Below are positions 63,841 to 64,000 of a DNA stretch of 64,000 bases, one piece after another. Source of the stretch: a virus; the IMG/VR virus record IMGVR_UViG_3300034683_000192, positions 32,001 through 96,000 of that record. One strand, 5' to 3'. The notes beneath the pieces were generated by a model. It was not told the origin of the DNA. It searched no databases and saw only the letters and a program-made list of their open reading frames with translations. The translations under genes and the position numbers were made by a program. Each line of letters starts with the position of its first letter. Position 1 is the stretch's first letter.

Positions 63841-64000
63841 ATGCCGATATGTGTCCTGCTCGAAGAAGCTGCTACGAAACTCAAGAATGTGTATCAATGG
63901 GGACCTCCTGAAAAGACAATCGTATTTCCAGATAGTGCTGGAAATTTCGTATCTACTGGAGTAGTCGCAACTGATGAATTCGTATCTGTACTGGATGGAG
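63841..64000 (+). CDS. 5' part of a gene running off the window (MPICVLLEE...)
   Basis: AGGAGG SD, ATG at 63841, open to the window end; TATG at 63819. Confidence 0.7.
   Translation, partial: MPICVLLEEAATKLKNVYQWGPPEKTIVFPDSAGNFVSTGVVATDEFVSVLDG

Noticed and set aside
1-64000. CRISPR array, tRNA, rRNA, DGR, integrase or transposase
   Set aside because: No regularly spaced direct repeats, cloverleaf, reverse transcriptase or recombinase motifs seen; the palindromes are dispersed and non-identical
1-64000. Stop-codon recoding
   Set aside because: The standard code gives dense, full-length genes

Overview
This is a 64-kb segment of a phiKZ-related jumbo myophage (Chimalliviridae-like). Core genes: virion RNA polymerase beta (28707-33230) and beta' catalytic (43070-44761) subunits, a gp181-like tape-measure/tail lysin, a gp182-like tail protein, two baseplate-type genes, a gp89/gp90-like inner-body region, an expanded family of internal head proteins with (S/A/G)-x-E maturation sites, and a divergent GroEL-like chaperonin. 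Early islands sit among the late genes. Each is driven by a minus-strand TATATTAC promoter and most end at one of about 25 purine-arm/pyrimidine-arm palindromes. Accessory genes include a GNAT + ADP-ribosyltransferase-like pair, a CYTH-like protein, a minimal transglutaminase-like protein, a six-gene divergent paralog array, a secreted GH24 lysozyme, an NrdG-like radical SAM protein, tmk, dut, and several small membrane or lipoprotein ORFs missed by the ORF track. tmk/dut character, NrdG and a GC-rich major head gene suggest an anaerobic high-GC host, possibly Desulfovibrionaceae (inference). I saw no tRNA, rRNA, CRISPR array, intron or intein. All family assignments come from motif recognition by eye, not database searches.
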